From Chiloscyllium plagiosum (Eukaryota), in assembly GCF_004010195.1 (NCBI RefSeq), contig NC_057719.1:69626401-69690400 (forward strand): a DNA stretch of 64,000 bases, read 5' to 3'. Below the pieces are notes generated by a model, which worked only from the letters and a program-made list of their open reading frames with translations, had not been told where the DNA came from and made no database searches. The translations under genes and the position numbers were made by a program. Of the stretch, positions 1-12,805 are shown one piece after another; positions within the stretch are counted from its first letter, which is position 1, and the number at the start of each line of letters is the position of its first letter.

Positions 1-589
1 GTTGGGGTTAAAATGTGAAACTGCACAATGCAACACTACCTTAGTGCACACCTACCTGCTGACATTTCCACACTGGCAAATTTTTGTGGCGTGAAAGTAT
101 TGCACTGCAAAGAGAAAGGATATTTATTAACTCAATTAGGAGGCAGGGATGAAATTAACTTCTGCTGCATAGCTCCCCGGGGTCACAGTGGCGAAATGGA
201 GGCTTGAGTTGAGAGCTCACACAAATGGAAAGTTTTTCAGATTTTGGTTGCAGAAGATCACCTTCAAAGGCACTTTCAGCACTATCCAGTCCCTAGCTCT
301 AGCTTCCCATCTCCTGTATTCCCCTAGTCTCTCAATTGCTGAAGATAACTCCTTTTCCCTTCTGGATCATTGGTTTCCTTCTTCATCCCAAGTGTCAGGA
401 ACAGTTCCCAGTTGTATCTGTCTGGCTTCTAGATCTTCACAATACAACTAAGGTACTGCTGTTAAAGGTTTTCTCTGCCCCTGGCTGTCTGGCAGCTTTT
501 AGACTAATGTTTTTCCTTTCCCCAAATATTGGTGTTAACAGCAAAAGATTTCACCTCATTAAAAACTAACCACTGGTCTTGCCTTAGGC

Positions 590-1095
590 TTGAGTTATGT
601 GCCCTGTTCTGGGCACTATGTTTTAGAATGAACATGGAGTTATTAGCGAGGGTAGAATAAAGATTCACAAGAATGATTTCAAGAATGAGGAACTTCAGTA
701 ATGTAGAGAAATTGTGAAGCTGAATCTGTTCTCCTTAAAGAGAAAGCTGAGAAAAGATTTAACAAAGAAATTCACAATCATGAAGACTTTGGACAAAATT
801 GCAGGGAGAAACTCTGTTGGTAGACGGATTGAGAGCCAGAGGGCTTAAAATTAATGTACCTGTAATTGGCAAGAGAAACAATAATGACAAGAGGTGAAAC
901 ATTGTCATAATGTAAGTGGTTAAGGACATGGAACGCACTGCCTGAGAGAGTGGTAGAGGCAAGGTCAATTATGATTTACTAAAGAGAATAGATCATTATC
1001 CACAAAGAAAAGAAAGTATGCAGGGTTATGGAGAACAGGCAAAAGAGTGACACCAGTTGAATCGCTCCTTCAGTGGGCCAACTCAGGAATGGTGG
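590..1095 (+). mobile_element. Old, degenerate CR1 LINE 3' fragment
   Basis: Decayed coding remnants resembling LEYCVQFW and RFTRMI (TTGAGTTATGTGCCCTGTTCTGG; AGATTCACAAGAATGAT), followed by a CR1-like 3' UTR. Similar to the better-preserved CR1 3' ends at 13483-14100 and 33555-34239. Confidence 0.75.
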
Positions 1096-1649
1096 GCCAA
1101 ATAGCTTCTGTCTGTGTTGTAAACTTCTGGGATTCTTTGGCAGGAAGTGCAGCAAAGGAATGCAAGTTTTTTTTTCATACCGAAAGGGAACTTGTTTTCA
1201 AATTCCAGGTGGAAGCTGAATGGATGCAAGTCGCAATGCAGATGAATATTATCCCACTGTACCTGGGAGCAAACAAGTGACACGCTATGAGTATTTGAAC
1301 TGTTCTTTCAAGGATGGCATAGAGCTAATGTAAAATGCATCCTTGGGTAGATAACCAACCAAGAGCACCCTGAAAATGTATCCATTTTTGCTATATTGCT
1401 ATTATATTTTTGAATATAATGATGCATTTGATTGGAATAAAAATATAACAGTTTGCAGCTCATTAGGAAAATGAAGCAGAACACAAACCAGCATGCAAAC
1501 TGATGCGCGAAGATTTGACATTGGAAGGGAGGTGAAGATGTCAGGTAAATGTGCTGGGAGTTCAAGTACTCACTAAAATTTTCATTACTATGCCATGTTC
1601 ACATTAGAAATGAATGAGCCAGGCAGTGGATGACCATGCTACCGGAGAA

Positions 1650-2020
1650 TTGAATGTAAGTTTGCTCACTGAGCTGCAAGGTTCGTTTTCAGACATTTTG
1701 TCACCATACTAGGTAACATCATCAGTGAGCCTCCAGTGAAGTGCTGGTATTATGGCCTGCTTTCTATTTATGTGTTCAGTTTTCCTTGGGCGGGTGATGT
1801 CATTACCTGTGGTGATGTCATTTCCTGTGTTGATGGTGTCATGTCCTGTTCTTTTTCTCAGAGATCGATAGATGGGATCCAAATTGATGCGTTTGTTGAT
1901 AGTGTTCCGGTTGGAATGCCATGTTTCTAGGAATTCTCGTGCGTGTCTCTGTTTGGCTTGTCCTAGGATGGATGTATTGTCCCAGTCGAAGTGGTGTACT
2001 TCCTCATCTGTATGTAAGGA
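1650..2020 (-). mobile_element. PLE 3' fragment (GIY-YIG end plus pseudo-LTR), subfamily B
   Basis: Aligns by eye with 22604-22925. The minus strand encodes HFDWDNTSILGQAKQRHAREFLE.WHSN-like sequence and contains a hammerhead motif. Confidence 0.9.
1689..1728 (-). ncRNA. Minimal type I hammerhead ribozyme motif, decayed (GAAA to AAAA)
   Basis: Minus strand reads TCA-CTGATGA-T-GTTACC-TAGTAT-GGTGAC-AAAA-TG-TC-TGA. Stem I TCA/TGA, 6-bp stem II, G12 mutated at a CpG. Confidence 0.7.
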
Positions 2021-2414
2021 GAATTACTAGATTCAGAGGTTACTCTTTCGTTATTTGGCCTGAATATTTGTACGGGGCATTTAAGAGGGCAAATTTGGAG
2101 ACATGGAGCTGAATCTAATCACATTTTGGCAAATGTTATCATTTTCATCATGTTTCAGAAAGGGACTCTTTTCACGAAGACTAGTGAGTTTTCTCACATG
2201 ATTGACCCGAACTTGCCTCACTAACTGTCAACCACACTCCTATAGTGCCCCTCTTGTCTAATGCTGGTCTGAATTTCCACTTGCCATAGACAAAAGTATT
2301 CAATTCTGCCATGACATCCCTGATGTCAGTGCTGTATTAAAAGGTTGTTGCACACCCAAACAAATGCCAGCATTCTGCAGCTGCCCTGCATGATTGAAAA
2401 CTGCCTTGCAGATG

Positions 2415-4030
2415 CAATGAGAAATTAAGGGAAATTGCCACCCGACTTTGCACAATCTTGAAGTCCCAGAGGGTGAGACACTATGGAAGAAGGCTGACCT
2501 CTTCCCTGAGGACTGCCAGAGGAGGCCAGGCCACTAGACACTGGTCCAATGTTGTTACCTGGGTCAACAATGCTGTTTAAATCATCTGGAGAAATGGCCA
2601 GCAATGTCACAGTAGGTCAATGACCTCCTCCACTCCACCAGGATAAGTGCCACTACCTGCTACCTCTGCCAAGGCCCATGCTGTATCATTCTCATTATTG
2701 CATGCGACATCTTCCTTCACTTGGTCTCTCCCACCTAATCCCTTGACACTACTAAACCTGCATGGCAACAGCCTTGTCTATTTATTACCTGGTGAACCTT
2801 GCCACTGCTCCCCACCTGTACCAGCAAGGATAGTTGTGCAATCCACTTTCACCTCAAGCAGTCCACTCTGTCTCTCATTACAGGAGAAAACAGCCTACAA
2901 TAGGGCTGCAAGAGCCAAGATAATGATGGGGTACCCAGTGTTTGGCTCCTCACCGCACACAAGGAAAGGATCTTGGTTCTTTCTCTGGTGAGAGACAGAG
3001 ACAACAGTGTCTTAACAACCAAGTAAGAAGTATTGTCCATTATTGTGTGGTTCTGCCATACCTGCCCCCTCACCCCATGAATATGTTCTTAACCTGCCAT
3101 AGCCTCCGTTTAAAACCTTTTGTTCTGTCCATCCCTACTTACTATGATCTGCCTGTATTGCTTGTAAACAAAGCTTTATACTGTTCCTTGGTACATGTGA
3201 CAATAAATCAAAAATGACTTCACTCCCTTGGACATGATGCATCCTTTCTTTTGTGTCTTGCAGGTACAAGCGGTATGTCCACTGCTGCTCTGAAAGACAT
3301 CCCCTCCACCACCTCTGCGGAAGACAGCACTGATGCCTCAGAGGAAGCACCGGCCTCCAGCTCCGATAGTGACACCTCAGGGAGGATTTTATTTGGTTTA
3401 TAATTGGGAATGCATGCTGTAGAAAACTTCACCACCATGTCTCCGTAACTGGCCGTTGAAGAAATGCCCCAAGTTGTTGGCATTTGTGGGACTGCTGAAG
3501 GCCAGATGCCTGCCCAGCCCCAGGTAAAGGAGGACCCTGCAGTGGTGGGTACTTTGCCAAGCAGACCACACGAGCAGCAGACAGGTTTTCCAAGCTGCTA
3601 GGTGGCCTGACACAAAGGTTGCAGGACTGCAGCAATGTGATCGGGGCCCCATTGCCTCAGGCATGTGAATGTCAGGCTTCCTCCATAGGCAAGGTGGTGG
3701 CTGCAATGGACAGCCACATCTAGTAGTGTCACAGTCTGCCGGATGTGCGAATATAATTGCATTTCCTCATTCTGGTCCTCAGCACAAATGGTAAGGCAAC
3801 AGGATGATGAGGGACCTTGACCACACTGCACACAGTCATGAAAGGGCCACTCACAGGCCCATCCCATGTACCAAGCTGGCCAGGCTGTCCCTGCCTGCCT
3901 TCCCCTGTCCTTGAAAGTTTCAGCTGGAGGAGGTTTCACTTGCCTTAGCTTGTCCTCTCAAAGGAGACACATCTCCTTTGCACCACCAAGTTGACCCAGG
4001 ACCTTGAGCGCCCTGTTGAGAAATCGCAGC
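2415..4030 (+). mobile_element. Decayed spliced Myb/SANT-like gene of a PIF/Harbinger transposon
   Basis: Exon-like pieces: ...LFPED.QRRP...VNDLLHSTR then ATAAGT (mutated donor, about 2643); an acceptor at about 2883 followed by EKTAYNRAARAK...VP...LLT.HKER (resembles Harbinger Myb protein EK.AHN.RER..TGGG.P); donor GTAAGA at 3023; acceptor TTGCAG at about 3262 followed by a Ser/Thr/acidic low-complexity exon. Multiple frameshifts and stops. Confidence 0.6.
3115..3214 (+). mobile_element. Short Rex1/Babar-like LINE 3' tail
   Basis: AAAGCTTTATACTGTTCCTTGGTACATGTGACAATAAATCAAAA. A related tail (TACACATGACAATAAA plus repeat) lies at 27535-27601. Confidence 0.45.
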
Positions 4031-4564
4031 GCCATCTTCCCTACTCTGCCTTGTTCAGGTTCAGCTTTGTTGAAGCAGGATGGCTTCGGATGCCAGTGCT
4101 CATTTGGATGAACAGTGGAATTCTAAATATGGTGCAGATGGCATGGGTGCCAGGCTTTTGGTTGATATCTGCTGGGTGGCAGATTGTACCAGGAACTGTG
4201 AGTGGTAAGATGGAACTGGAATTGGACGTGAGCAAGCTATAAGGATGGGATAGGTAGTCAGTGTGTCGAATCTGTTAAGATACAGCAACAGAAATTGCTC
4301 AACTTCATGGCAAAAAACACTCCAGAAAGCTCAACACATTCAGAATTAGCCAAAATAATTTAAGATTAATCCCGACCCGGAAGACAGTCATTTCAGAATG
4401 CGATGTGATTGAAGTGGGAGTTCCAGCAGACACCTGAACAATCACCAGGACAGAATGATGGCAAAAAAAAAAGACAAATGGAAATCCTATTGGAAAGAAG
4501 AGCAGAGCTTCTTCAAGTTTAGAATTTCTGGGAGATGAGTGGCAGAGAATTAAACAATAAAATT

Positions 4565-4830
4565 ACAAGCAAAATTCTGCAGATTCTGGAAATCTGAAAT
4601 AAAACCAAAAAGTGTTGGATACACTTTCAGCAAAATTCCCTGTATTGTTTTTGCTGCAGCACAGGCCTCTGTGGTCTGTATGTAGCAGTGGCTTCTGGAA
4701 GCTGGAGTTCTTAAAGGACCAGTCCTGGTAAAGAGCCAAAGTTGACTTGAAATGTTAACTTTGCTTCTCTCTCCACAGAGGCTGCCAAACCTGCTGAATC
4801 ACAGTAGCCTCAATTGATTTGCAGTCTGCT
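4565..4830. mobile_element. Old remnants of the short hammerhead-bearing PLE-terminus family (inverted and direct pieces)
   Basis: TGCAGATTCTGGAAATCTGAAATAAAACC (inverted tail) and GACTTGAAATGTTAACT...TCTCTCCACAGAGGCTGCCAAACCTGCTG, similar to 39598-39660. Confidence 0.5.
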
Positions 4831-6074
4831 TTGTTCTCTCCTGGTGAGATGGATCCTGTCAGAAGTGCTCACTCTACCAGTCTTATCAAAAAATCAAAAC
4901 ATTTCTCAGTAAGCTGTAGAACCTTGTGATGACCCAGTCTTGAAGAAATATTGCATTTTTCTATAAATAATAAAAGCAACAAAGGATTGAGGGGTATAGA
5001 GAAAGAATGGGATTCATTCTGGAGTGTGCGAAGGAATGTTTAGCTTGAACAGTGGTCTGAACAGTCTCCTTGTTTTATTAGTACTTTTCATCTGATTCTA
5101 AACTTCACCCTTGAGTAAATATCCTAGTCTGGATTAGTTTCTGAGATAGCATTACACAATCAGTGGTGGTGGGAAAACAGATTCACTGTATCTGTTTTCA
5201 ATAGATTTGCATGTTAAAAAATAAATACCAAATTTGATCACTGTTTACAGTGCTAGTTAATCATTACGCAAGATAAGCTAAAGGTTGTTTTCATGAGAAG
5301 CATGCTAATAAACCATACCCTTGTTTATTCACCAAAAGTAACACTACACTTCAAATTAGAACTGGTGCCGTGTAAATTTGTAATACCAATGCAAACTGTA
5401 ATCTGTCTTGTTTGAAAGACTTGTATTTCATTTTTATATATAAAAAGATAATAACTGGAGAAAAATTAAGTAGTTTCTACTATATTGTCTGTTCAATAGT
5501 TTAATGAAGGCATCAACCCATTTAAAACAATAGGCTTAACATTTCCATTGAAAGAGGAAACACAGGAACATCACACAAATATAACATCTACAAACATGAG
5601 TAATAATAATTTTAAGTTTATAACTATTTTGTACAACTGCTAATTCATGATTTCATGTTTACTTTTGTTTTATTCAAAGCTTTGTCCAGTTTCTTATATA
5701 TCATCTTGTTAAAATTGAAAATTGGAACAGTTAATAAACAGCTGCAATATGAATGTATTCATAAAGTGAAATTTGTGAGGAAGCAGATGGTACAGATGTG
5801 TGTGAGGATGGACAGAACTAATTAAATCCGCAGCTGGCCCTATTAGGTTAAGCCAGGAAATCAAGGAGACCCTCTGAGGAAAGGAGCAGAACGATACAAA
5901 CATGCCTGTTTTAGGAATATACTTATAGTAACATTTTAGAGTAACTGTTTTATAGTAACATTTCAAACCAGACCAATTGAAAGCAGAGAGAAAAATATTT
6001 AGTATTGTTAACTGTAATGTCTCAAGCTGGATTCTGCTTTAAGGTATAATGTAGCATGGTGTGGATTCCTGGAC

Positions 6075-6330
6075 TGACATTTAAAATAGCCCTCCTTGTA
6101 TTTAAATTCCTCTGAGACCTCATCCCTCTTTATCTTTGTGACTTCTTCCAGCTGCAGAATACTTTGAAAACTCTGGACTCTTTTCTAGATACCTGATCTT
6201 CACCTCACAATTGGCGGCCATGCCTATGTGCTATGATGGCATATGCTTCCTCAACATCTCACTTCTCTCTCCTCTTTCAAGATGCATTTAAAAGCCTTTT
6301 ATAAAGCTCTGGACTCCTCTTCTAATACCT
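6075..6330 (+). mobile_element. L2 LINE 3' fragment
   Basis: Translates as FKIALLVFKFL...PLYLCDFFQ, resembling the L2 ORF2 C-terminus, followed by GGCGGCCATGCC and a pyrimidine-rich 3' region. Confidence 0.55.
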
Positions 6331-9030
6331 CTTTCGTATTATATTGCAAATTCCAGACCAGTCAGGCCTGTGTCTTTAAGAAAGTTCTTGATATCATGAC
6401 ATGTGATCTTCTAATATAACTGTACATGCAGTCATCCTCTTTGTGTCATGAAATCAGTGTAGTGTCTTCAGTCATTTAGCTATGCGTGTGCAATGTATGT
6501 TAAGAACAGACCCAAGACTGTGTGTGTAAGTCTGTGATATTATAATCTTGTAAATAGTTGGTGTTGCAAAAAAACTTCAAGGTATCTGTCTCACAAGAAC
6601 TTGACTTTCTGTGGTATACTTTACATGGACTTATATATAGAAAATCTCCAACTGCAGTCCCTCTAAATGTGGCCTGTTTCAAGTTATGATTGATAACGCT
6701 CCTTCCACTACTACAGAAGAGGAAGCTGCTGTCATTGAGTGGAATATCGGCTGATGCCCTGACTCTGATACATTTACCTGGCAGCATTTCTGGAAATCAA
6801 GCCATAATGCCATAACTGCTGAAGATAGAGTGTTAATGGAAGGTTTTGAGCGCTATTACACTGGGAAAGAAAAAACCAGCTCCGAGCATTTACACCTCTG
6901 TTTCTGTTACTCTGGACAGTGATGTCACATGGGAAAAGAAACATTTTTATCGGCTTGAGAAATGTGAAACCACACCATGAAGGCATTCATATTTTAACAA
7001 AGATACATGACTCCAGAGGTATTCTGTAATTCAAACATTAATGCTTAGATTGTGTTAAGAGACATGATAAAGAGTGAAGAGTGGCCTGAAGATCAGGAAA
7101 AAAACCTGTCCTGCTGAAGATTATCCAAGACTGGAGCTTTCAGCAGCTAAGTGCTGAGGAAGCCAGGGGTGAGAGAATTGAAAGGAAATGAAGCCATGAC
7201 AGGTCTCTCTGCCTCTATGTAAGATGGACAGTGAAGTGGTGATCAATCTCTGCAGCTGAAATCCCTGTAATTCTCCAGCATTATCTTGCCCAATTTCAGG
7301 TCGAGTCACAGTAAGATTCTTGATCTTATTTATCGTTTCTTCATCTCTCATCACTAGGGGATGAACTTCTGTGGGATTCTCGCAATCCCCCACTGTCACT
7401 TCAGAAAGATCACAGAAGCACCGTCTATGGGATTTCTGCATCAATTCCTCACTACCTGGAATGAGAATTTGACAATCAGAAGATCCCTTGTGAAAGTTTA
7501 CCACCAGGGCTGTGCTTGGCACACCACTGTAGCAACACAGATAAGAATTGTATCAGTGGGGTTAAACTTGCTCCTCTCCATTCCATTTAAATGTATATGT
7601 TTGACGATACTTGTTCAGTTATCCACTTAATGTTTATTTTAAAGTAGATGAAATAAAGAAGACAGTCATCATCACAGATTTAAGTGAAGATTGCCAAATA
7701 TCTTAATCAAACTGGAAGAACTGTCATGACTTTTAGCCATTTGGTAGTACAGATCTTGAGTATTGTTTGATAAAAGAAATCCATTTTGTTGAAACTTTTT
7801 GTCTTGCACTCAGCAGAACGCCCTTCAACTGATGTTATTAAGAATCGACTATTCTGAACATCAGAAAGTAGTTTTAGAGAAATATCTAACTGGTAAAGAA
7901 CATATGTAGTACTCATTGGAAACATAGCAAATTGTAATAGATATATTTTATTTTGTTTCAACACTGCATGTTGAATCGGTGATGGATTGGACAATGAATC
8001 AGAAGAAATTACAGCCAAAGTATCCACTATTCAGAGTTCCCTTGTCAGTACAAGCTGAATTGATTAGCAGCAACCATATTGCAGCTATTGGATCTCTTAC
8101 CTTATGGTTTAGGAAAGTTATTCCCTCAGTAATGTGATGACTGAGACTTCCCTATTACTGATAACCTGGCTTGGCAGGGGGTGGGTTCACATCTACAGCA
8201 TTTTGTGAGGATATAGTTAAACATGTTTTAACCATCCTGGGATTGCCCTACATTCAGTCCAGCAGCAGACTGCAACTTCGGGAAGGAGTGATCAAAGAAT
8301 TTAATCATACTTTTGAAAACTAACTCTAAATAATCAATAAAGCATAGTTAGGTGAGAACATAAATTATTTAATGAGATGATCTCACAGGATTTTAGTTCA
8401 CCCTCAGTATTTTAAACTGTGTGGGGTAAAGGAACACTTCTCACGATTAGCTGAGAGAAGAGCATATATATTTTCTGCCAGGCTGAACACTTAAAAAATC
8501 TGTAAAAGGGAAGGAAAACAAACTAGGTTTTTCAAAAATGCACATTAATTTTCACACACTTGCTAGCCACCTGTGGCTTCTATTTGTTCACTATAAAGAC
8601 CTTAACATTTTCTGGACTTGCAATGCATTAAATAACTCTTAAATCACTATGGTAATTCTTTTCTGCACTTATACCGAAACATCCCACGTGAAAATGACCC
8701 ATAGTGATATTTAAAATCAACAAGAAGAGGCTGATTAAAAGTCAGGAGGGAGAGTTGCCATTTAGATATCCGTGCTTAAGGACTGAAGTGCATTCCTATC
8801 AGCACTTGTTCACCTCCACTCCTCCAGCACTATGATATTTGAATGTCAACTCTCCATTCCAATTTCTGACACCAGCCCCAGTTCCTATTGCTGATGTTAC
8901 GATACAATACGGCACCTGAATATTAATTCTTTTACTTAGTTAACTGTCTGTTACACAAATCATTTGCTTCTGTGCAACCAATATTATTATACCTTGAGCA
9001 ACAAATCTTCATTTTAAATAGCTATTAGTT

Positions 9031-9574
9031 CTGGTGAGCTATTTAAAATCTTCATTTTAAATAGCTCACCAGAACGAAGGACCCGATACCCAGCATGAGC
9101 AAAACCAATGTAGTGTACAAACTCCCATGCAAGGACTGCACAAAACACTACATAGGACAAACAGGAAGACAGCTAACGATCTGCATCCATATACACCAAC
9201 TAGCCACGAAACGACACGACCAGCTATCCTTAGTAGCCACACACGCAGATGACAAGCAACATGAATTCGACTGGGACAACACTACTATTATAGGACAAGC
9301 CAAACAGAGAACAGCCAGGGAATTCCTAGAGGCATGGCAATCATCCACAGATTCAATCAATAAGCACATCGTCCTGGACCCAATATACCGACCACTGCAA
9401 CGGACAGCTGGAACTGACAACCGGAAGCGGCAGTTTCAAACCGCTATATATGCCGGAGGAAACATCACAGAAACGCTTCACAGGAGGCTCCCAAGCACTG
9501 AGGATGTCACCTGGACACGGCGAACAGAACCACAACAACGAGCACCCGAGCTACAAATCTTCTCACAAACTTTG
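9031..9574 (+). mobile_element. 5'-truncated PLE insertion (GIY-YIG domain plus tail), subfamily C, with 11-bp TSD
   Basis: ORF 9095-9583 has NVVYKLPC..C..HYIGQTGR...FDWDN...EFLEAW..INKH (GIY-YIG endonuclease). TSD AGCTATTAGTT at 9020-9030 and 9575-9585. Partial hammerhead at 9495-9517. Confidence 0.93.
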
Positions 9575-11199
9575 AGCTATTAGTTTAGTTCCAAAATGGT
9601 TCACTCAGTTAGGATCAATGACACTGTTTTGTATCTTACACCATTTAAATTCAAGCTTCTTGAAGAAAACAGATTAAATCAGAATTCAAATCTTTACAAT
9701 TAATGAAATATTGTTAAGTAGTAAATAATCATAGATGCAAAATATGCTCAATCCCTATTTTGGTCATCTGGGAGTGTAAAGAAACATATTCTACATGAAA
9801 ACATAATGGAACAGGTGCCGATGCATTACAGATAGTAATAGTCATTGATTATGTATTGGATTTATTAAAGTAATTTATTAAGGTAATGCTCTAGTGTAAG
9901 CATTAGAGTTTCCGAGATAGCTTTAACTGTTCATTAATATCTCCAGTGCCCTTTCTATTTGTTAATTGAAAATGGCTTCTTCTTTATAAGCGTTTCTACC
10001 CTGGGTGTAACCTTTAGCAGCTCCAGCTAATTCCAGATTTAATTCTCATTCAGTTATACGCGAATTAAAAGAGTGGATCATTCAAAGCGTATCATTCTGA
10101 AGACTGCTTCAAAATTTGTGCTGGGGTTAAAAATGATTGTCAGGTACATTTTTACAAAAGCAATGCTGAAATTAATATGACCGGATCTATAGAATATAGC
10201 TGAAATAATTTTGTTTCAAATAATAAATGCATTTAAAATCTCTTCTTTACTTGCTAACTAATGGGGGCACTTCAGTACACTTTGTATTCTGCAATCTGCA
10301 GAAGGCACAAGAAGCTTGGGCACTGATTCAAATTAGTTTTTACCAATGGGCAGTGCAAATTCTTTGCCGCAAAGAGGTTCACATTCTTCAGCCATTCTGT
10401 ACAATCGAGGCTAGGCAGAGTGTTATTAAACTGCAAAATCACATCAAACTGATTTATAGCCTCTGATCACGGCTGCTGGGAAAATTACTTTGCGTCACTA
10501 TCTCAAGGTGACTGCTACCTTCAGCTTCTGCACAGAATTCGATTTCCATGAAAATAAAAAACGGTTTATTGAGCAATTTGTTATAAATTCATGTCTTTCT
10601 TCACACCATTTAATGTGTTATTCCCCCATATGCATAACAATAGTGTTCTCAAGCACAAGATAGAGCAAACATGCTGTGTGTTTCGTTGTAAGATGCTGTT
10701 TTCATTGGTATGCTTTCCTGTATTTCTTATTTCTCTTCAGTCTATTCTTCTGAAAGGACTTCCTACCAAATTACCATGTCCATCTTTAAATGTCAAATTT
10801 GGTGAATTTAGTGTTCATGAAGGTGAAAAATTGGAAATAAAATACCTGACACTTTTCTAGTCAGTGAAAGTATTGAGCAACCCAAGGTCAGACACAGAAC
10901 AATTTGCTCGGCAAAGATCTTTCGACGCTGCCTAGCAATGTAGCTTAACCCCAGAGTGTTTCCATGCCACACACTCGTTTCCCCAACACCTTTCCCACCC
11001 TTAAAACACCAGTGTGCTACTTCCCACATTAGCCAGTTGCATATTGTTTCCAAGGTAGATTATTATTCAAGTGTTTAGAAGTATTATACTGCCAACTCCC
11101 TTGAATCAGAACTGAAATTTCACCTGAATGTAAAGTTTCTAAATTACATGGGGTGCCGCAGGAGAGTTGAGCAAGTGAGGACCAATGCAAGTGCTAAAC

Positions 11200-12805
11200 C
11201 ATTCTGATGTTGAGCTTGTACTGTTTTGAGAAGTTTCCCAGGTCAACATATTTGAGAACCAGGCAGACAGCAGGCGATATTACATCTGGAAATAGGCAAC
11301 AAGACAGGCTTAATTAATGACCACATTGAGAAGGTGCCAAGGTAGCAGAATCATAATTTGAATTTCACATTCACTTTGACGGAGAGAAGGTTGTATTTCA
11401 GATCAGTGTTTTAAACATAAATAAGGGAAATTATGAAAGAATGAAGACATGGCTGACTAAAATGAACCTGGAAAATAGAATATAGTCTGGATCAGTAGAG
11501 ATGCAGTGGCTAACATTGAAGTAGATATTTCAGAATCCACAGAAAAGATACATTCTTACACTGTAAGAAAAGAACCCGCCATTTGTAATCAGCTAAGGAA
11601 GTCAAAGGTGTAACAAACTGAAAGAAAAAACATATCTGGAAAGATGAGTGACAGGTCAAGCAACTGGATAGAATGTAGTGAACAACACAGAAAGATGAAA
11701 AGATTAATAAGGAGGGAGAAATCAGAAATGAAAGGGAGAGAGAACTTAAAACAATCATGATTCATCAGGAGAAGGATATTGAGAAAATTATTAGAACTAA
11801 AAGCTAACTAGTCCACATCCTTGGATATTAAAAGGAATGGCTGCTGAGGTAATAGATATATTGGTTATACGTTTTTGAATTTCCTAGATTCTGGAAAGTT
11901 CCCATCAAATTGGAAAATCGTAGATGTGACTTCTCCAGTCAAGAAGGAATGGAGATAAAAAGCAGGAAACTACAAGCCAGGTAGTTATATTTCACATAGA
12001 GAAACCTCTTAATAAGAAGGCTATAATGGGGCAGTTGGAAAATCTTAATGCATTAGGACAAAGTCAACATGGTTTCGTGAAAAGGAAATCACGTTTGAAT
12101 AATCTACTGGAGATGTTTAAGGGTGGGTTAAATAATGTGATTAGCACTGCTGTCTCACATTATAAGGGACTAGGTTGGATTCCAGCCTCAGGTGACTGTT
12201 GTGTGGAGTTTGCATGTTCTCCCCATGTCTGTGTGGGTTTCTGCTGGGTGCTTCAGTTTCCTCCCACAGTCCAATGATGTGCATGTTAGGTAGATTGACC
12301 ATGCTAAATTGCCCTGTAGTGCCAAAGGATATGTAGGCTAAGTGGATTAGCCATGAGAAATGTGGGTTATAGGGATAGGTAGTGTTCTGGGTCTGTGTGG
12401 GATGCTCTTCAGAGGGTCAGTGCAGACTAAGTGGCATAACTGGCCTCTTTCTGCACTACAGGGGATTCTATGATTCTATGTGGACTTAGAGGCACCTGTG
12501 GATATGTAATCTTTTCAACTCCAGAAGGTATTTGACACCACTTGCACTCCCACTTAAGATGAAGAGGAATTTGTTTTTCTCGCTCAGAGAATTGTGAGCT
12601 TTTGTACTTCTTTTCCACAGAAAACAGTGAAAGCAGGGTAACTGAATATTTTTAAGGCAGAGATAGGCAGAATGTTGATTAACAAGGGAGTTGAAGGTTA
12701 ATGAGGATGTATGAAGAGATGAGTTGACACCGCAATCTTATTGAATGGTGGAGCAGGTTTGAGGGGTCAATGGATTATTCCAGCTTCCAATTTGTGTATT
12801 TGCAT
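11200..12805 (+). mobile_element. Old, internally deleted CR1 LINE, interrupted by an HE1 SINE
   Basis: Remnants of the endonuclease C-terminus, then WKIVDVT, GNYKP, SQHGFVKRKS.LNNLLEMF. After the SINE it resumes with a PVD...FQKVFD-like piece and a CR1 3' UTR. Confidence 0.8.
12135..12480 (+). mobile_element. HE1-type (V-domain) tRNA-derived SINE
   Basis: TTAGCACTGCTGTCTCAC head, B-box-like GGTTGGATTCC, V-domain TGTGTGGAGTTTGCATGTTCTCCCC..., and CR1-derived tail ending ATTCTATGATTCTATG. Confidence 0.9.

Noticed and set aside
6772..6790. Minus-strand splice donor CAG/GTAAAT
   Set aside because: No convincing acceptor or recognisable peptide upstream, and such motifs are common by chance.
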